A stretch of DNA of 64,000 nt, taken from assembly GCA_963805945.1 (NCBI GenBank), contig CAWDVP010000004.1, positions 1 through 64,000 of the forward strand, given 5' to 3'. Under the pieces are notes generated by a model. It was not told the DNA's origin and ran no database searches. It saw nothing but the letters and a program-made list of their open reading frames with translations. Position 1 is the first letter of the stretch; every line of letters starts with the position of its first letter. A program made the translations under genes and the position numbers. The stretch comes from Vulcanimicrobiota bacterium. GTDB lineage: Bacteria > Vulcanimicrobiota > Vulcanimicrobiia > Eremiobacterales > Eremiobacteraceae. Shown here piece by piece: positions 61,583 to 64,000 of this stretch.

Positions 61583-64000
61583 ATGTTGCGTTTCGAAGAA
61601 GGCGTCGCGCCCGATCGAGGCGGGCCGCCTCTAGGGACCTGGCAAGCGAGCATCCCGACCCAGCTATCCATCGAAGGCACGTTTCCGAAGACGATCATCG
61701 CGCAAGGGCTCGCGGCCTTTCAGCGCAACAAGGTCCGCAGCCTGAACCTCCGGCGCAACGACATCGTCGCCACCGTCGCCGACACCGAGACCCACACCAC
61801 CACGCTCACCCGCGATTCGTCCCGCCTGCCGCTGGGCATGCGTTGCAATTGCACGTGCCGCTACGGCTACGACTGCAAGCACGCGGTCGCCGCGCTCTAC
61901 ACGCTCATCGAGATGTCGTCGCACGATCCGGAAGCAGGCCCACCGCCCATCGTGCCGACGCCGGTTCCCACGAACGGCCATACTAACGGCGCCCCCAACG
62001 GCAAAGCGGCGGGCAACGGCGAGCACCCGCACAACGGGGCGACGGCCACGCTCGCGCCCGCCTCGCACGAACTGCTCGACCTGCTCACGCCGCACCACGA
62101 AAGCGTCGTGCCACGGCGCCGGTTGTGGGTCGTCGTCGGTTTTGACGATCGACTGGGCATCTTCTACGCCAGGCTGTGCCTCGACGCGCCGAAACTGCAC
62201 GGCGTCGCGCGCACGCATGCGGACCTGCAGCAGCTCTACCGGACCACGCGCCAGGCGAACCTCACCGGCGAGGAGTGGGACCGCCACGATGCTGCGCTCT
62301 TGTCCGATGCGTCGCTCGGCGCGATGTTCGGCATGCCGGCGGACTACGCGCTCGCGCGCGCGACGAGCGAGCAGACGAAGGCGCTCACCAACAATTTCGC
62401 GCAGCTGCTGCTGCGTCTGATCTCCCACCCGCGCGTCCGCTACGACGATCATCTCGGCGCGCATCCCGAAGCGATGCCGACGGTGAAGATCGCGCTCTCG
62501 CCGCTGCGCTTGCGCATCTCCGGCACGCGCCAGGACGACGGCGCGCTCGATCTTTCGGGCTCGTTCGTGCGTCCGGACGGCGCGACGCTCGAGATGTCGA
62601 GCGTCCGCGCGATCGACGGCACGCCCGCCTGGCTCTTCGACGGCAACACCTTCTCCTTGCACGACGGCCTCTTCAGCTTGCGCATCGTCGACCGGCTCAA
62701 AGCGGCCGGCACGGTCCGCATCGCGGCCGACGAACTGCCGATCTTCTTGGAGCGCGCGCACCGCTTCCTCGATCGCGACAGCGCCGCCGCGCTGATGGTC
62801 CTGTCCGACGAGATGTCGCTGCAGACGCTGCTGCGGCTGCGCTGGCAAGGCGATGGCATCACGGTGGAAGCTTCGATAGAAGATGCGCGCAGCGGCGCCA
62901 ACTTCCGAATCACGCCGCAGGACTTCAATCCGCTCCAGCGCGTGGACAGCGGCAAGAAAGGCGTCGCGCCGCGCTACGCGTATTGCGAGCCCGCCGTCGC
63001 GCAGGGCGTGCGCGCACGCCTCGAAGCCGCGGGCTGCCGTCCGGCGCACGACGTGTACGAGCAGCAGGCGGCGCAACATCCCGACGAGACGGTGCAGCGC
63101 TACGACGAGACGGCATGGCGCGTCGAGCCGACGGACGCCGCCTATCAGTTCGGCACCGAGACGCTGCCCGGCTGGCGCGCCGACTATCAGCTCGACATGG
63201 ACGACACGGTGCGCTCGCTCGTCGAAGGCCCCAAAGTGCTGCAGGTCTCGGTCACCGTCGACAGCGATGAGAAGCCGGCCGCCAAGACCGCCAAGCAGGC
63301 CAAAGGCGCCGCCAGCCTCTTCGGCCCGATCGATTGGCTCGAGATCTCGGTCGAGTTGCTGCTCGACGGCCAGAAGCTCACGCCCGACGACATCAAGGCG
63401 TTGTGGCAGAGCACCGGCCGCTACCACCGCCTCTCCGACGGACAATTCGTGGACCTCTCCTCGTTCGCGCTGCTGCGCGAGGCCACCGGCGGCTTCGGCG
63501 GCGGCCTGGAGCGCGGCGGCAAGACCCGCCTCACCGCGGCGCAGATGCTGTCCGTGTATGACGACCTCGCCAAGGCGTGCGGCGATGCGCAACTGCCCGC
63601 GCCGTTGCGCGATCTGCGGGAAGCGGTGCGCGGCTTCTCTGGCATCGAAGAGGTCGACCCGCCCAAGCACCTCGATTCGATCCTGCGGCCGTATCAGCGC
63701 CGCGGCCTCGACTTCCTCGCCTACCTCGGACGGTACGCGTTCGGCGGCATCCTCGCAGACGACATGGGCCTGGGCAAGACGCTCCAGGTCCTGTCATATC
63801 TGGAGCGCGAGCGGCAACGCCGCGGCAGCCGGCCCAACCTCATCGTGTGCCCGACCTCGGTCACCCACACCTGGATCGGCGAGGCGGCGCGTTTCACCCC
63901 GGACATGAAGGTGTGCTTGCTCTCCGCCGGCGCGGGCCGCGAGGATATCTATGAGAAGGCCGCGGAGTACGATCTGCTCGTCACCTCATACGCGCTTGGC
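61583..64000 (+). CDS. SWIM zinc finger / SNF2-family helicase (runs off the window; missing from the ORF track)
   Basis: Frame from ATG 61583 contains CTC...CKH (SWIM), LRPYQ, GGILADDMGLGKT, IVCPTS. Confidence 0.92.
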   Translation, partial: MLRFEEGVAPDRGGPPLGTWQASIPTQLSIEGTFPKTIIAQGLAAFQRNKVRSLNLRRNDIVATVADTETHTTTLTRDSSRLPLGMRCNCTCRYGYDCKHAVAALYTLIEMSSHDPEAGPPPIVPTPVPTNGHTNGAPNGKAAGNGEHPHNGATATLAPASHELLDLLTPHHESVVPRRRLWVVVGFDDRLGIFYARLCLDAPKLHGVARTHADLQQLYRTTRQANLTGEEWDRHDAALLSDASLGAMFGMPADYALARATSEQTKALTNNFAQLLLRLISHPRVRYDDHLGAHPEAMPTVKIALSPLRLRISGTRQDDGALDLSGSFVRPDGATLEMSSVRAIDGTPAWLFDGNTFSLHDGLFSLRIVDRLKAAGTVRIAADELPIFLERAHRFLDRDSAAALMVLSDEMSLQTLLRLRWQGDGITVEASIEDARSGANFRITPQDFNPLQRVDSGKKGVAPRYAYCEPAVAQGVRARLEAAGCRPAHDVYEQQAAQHPDETVQRYDETAWRVEPTDAAYQFGTETLPGWRADYQLDMDDTVRSLVEGPKVLQVSVTVDSDEKPAAKTAKQAKGAASLFGPIDWLEISVELLLDGQKLTPDDIKALWQSTGRYHRLSDGQFVDLSSFALLREATGGFGGGLERGGKTRLTAAQMLSVYDDLAKACGDAQLPAPLRDLREAVRGFSGIEEVDPPKHLDSILRPYQRRGLDFLAYLGRYAFGGILADDMGLGKTLQVLSYLERERQRRGSRPNLIVCPTSVTHTWIGEAARFTPDMKVCLLSAGAGREDIYEKAAEYDLLVTSYALG

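Noticed and set aside
61664..63670. 668-aa minus-strand ORF and the many other Arg/Ala-rich overlapping ORFs
   Set aside because: Antisense or off-frame shadows typical of high-GC coding DNA; the real gene here is the plus-strand SNF2 helicase.
61583..64000. SNF2 helicase as an anti-phage system component
   Set aside because: SWIM-SNF2 proteins are common stand-alone genes and no defence partners are visible; the downstream context is outside the window.

Overview
A 64-kb stretch of a high-GC bacterial chromosome, dense with housekeeping and metabolic genes. The gene mix suggests a soil Terrabacteria lineage such as Eremiobacterota/Vulcanimicrobiota, but that is inference only. Recognisable genes include hflX, typA, a sufC-sufB-sufD-Rieske-sufS-sufU operon with a divergent sufR-like regulator and a second U-type scaffold, malic enzyme plus 2-oxoacid dehydrogenase E1a/E1b/E2, an EF-G paralogue, aminopeptidase N, queE-queD, rpoZ, tryptophanase, an ABC-2 exporter, ndh and a SWIM-SNF2 helicase. 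Many conserved genes are split by small indels, most likely long-read assembly errors rather than pseudogenes. I found no rRNA, tRNA, CRISPR array, transposase or prophage. Best leads: (1) an unidentified, highly structured ~250-nt RNA (32814-33067) with its own sigma70 promoter and terminator-like hairpin, downstream of a cluster of DnaA boxes; (2) a luxE-like/luxC-like/class-III aminotransferase operon without luciferase, which could convert an acid to an aldehyde and then an amine; (3) two GTAG-type REP families with compensatory stem changes, REPIN-like doublets and copies that supply gene ends; (4) a variant fluoride riboswitch upstream of a CPA2 antiporter.
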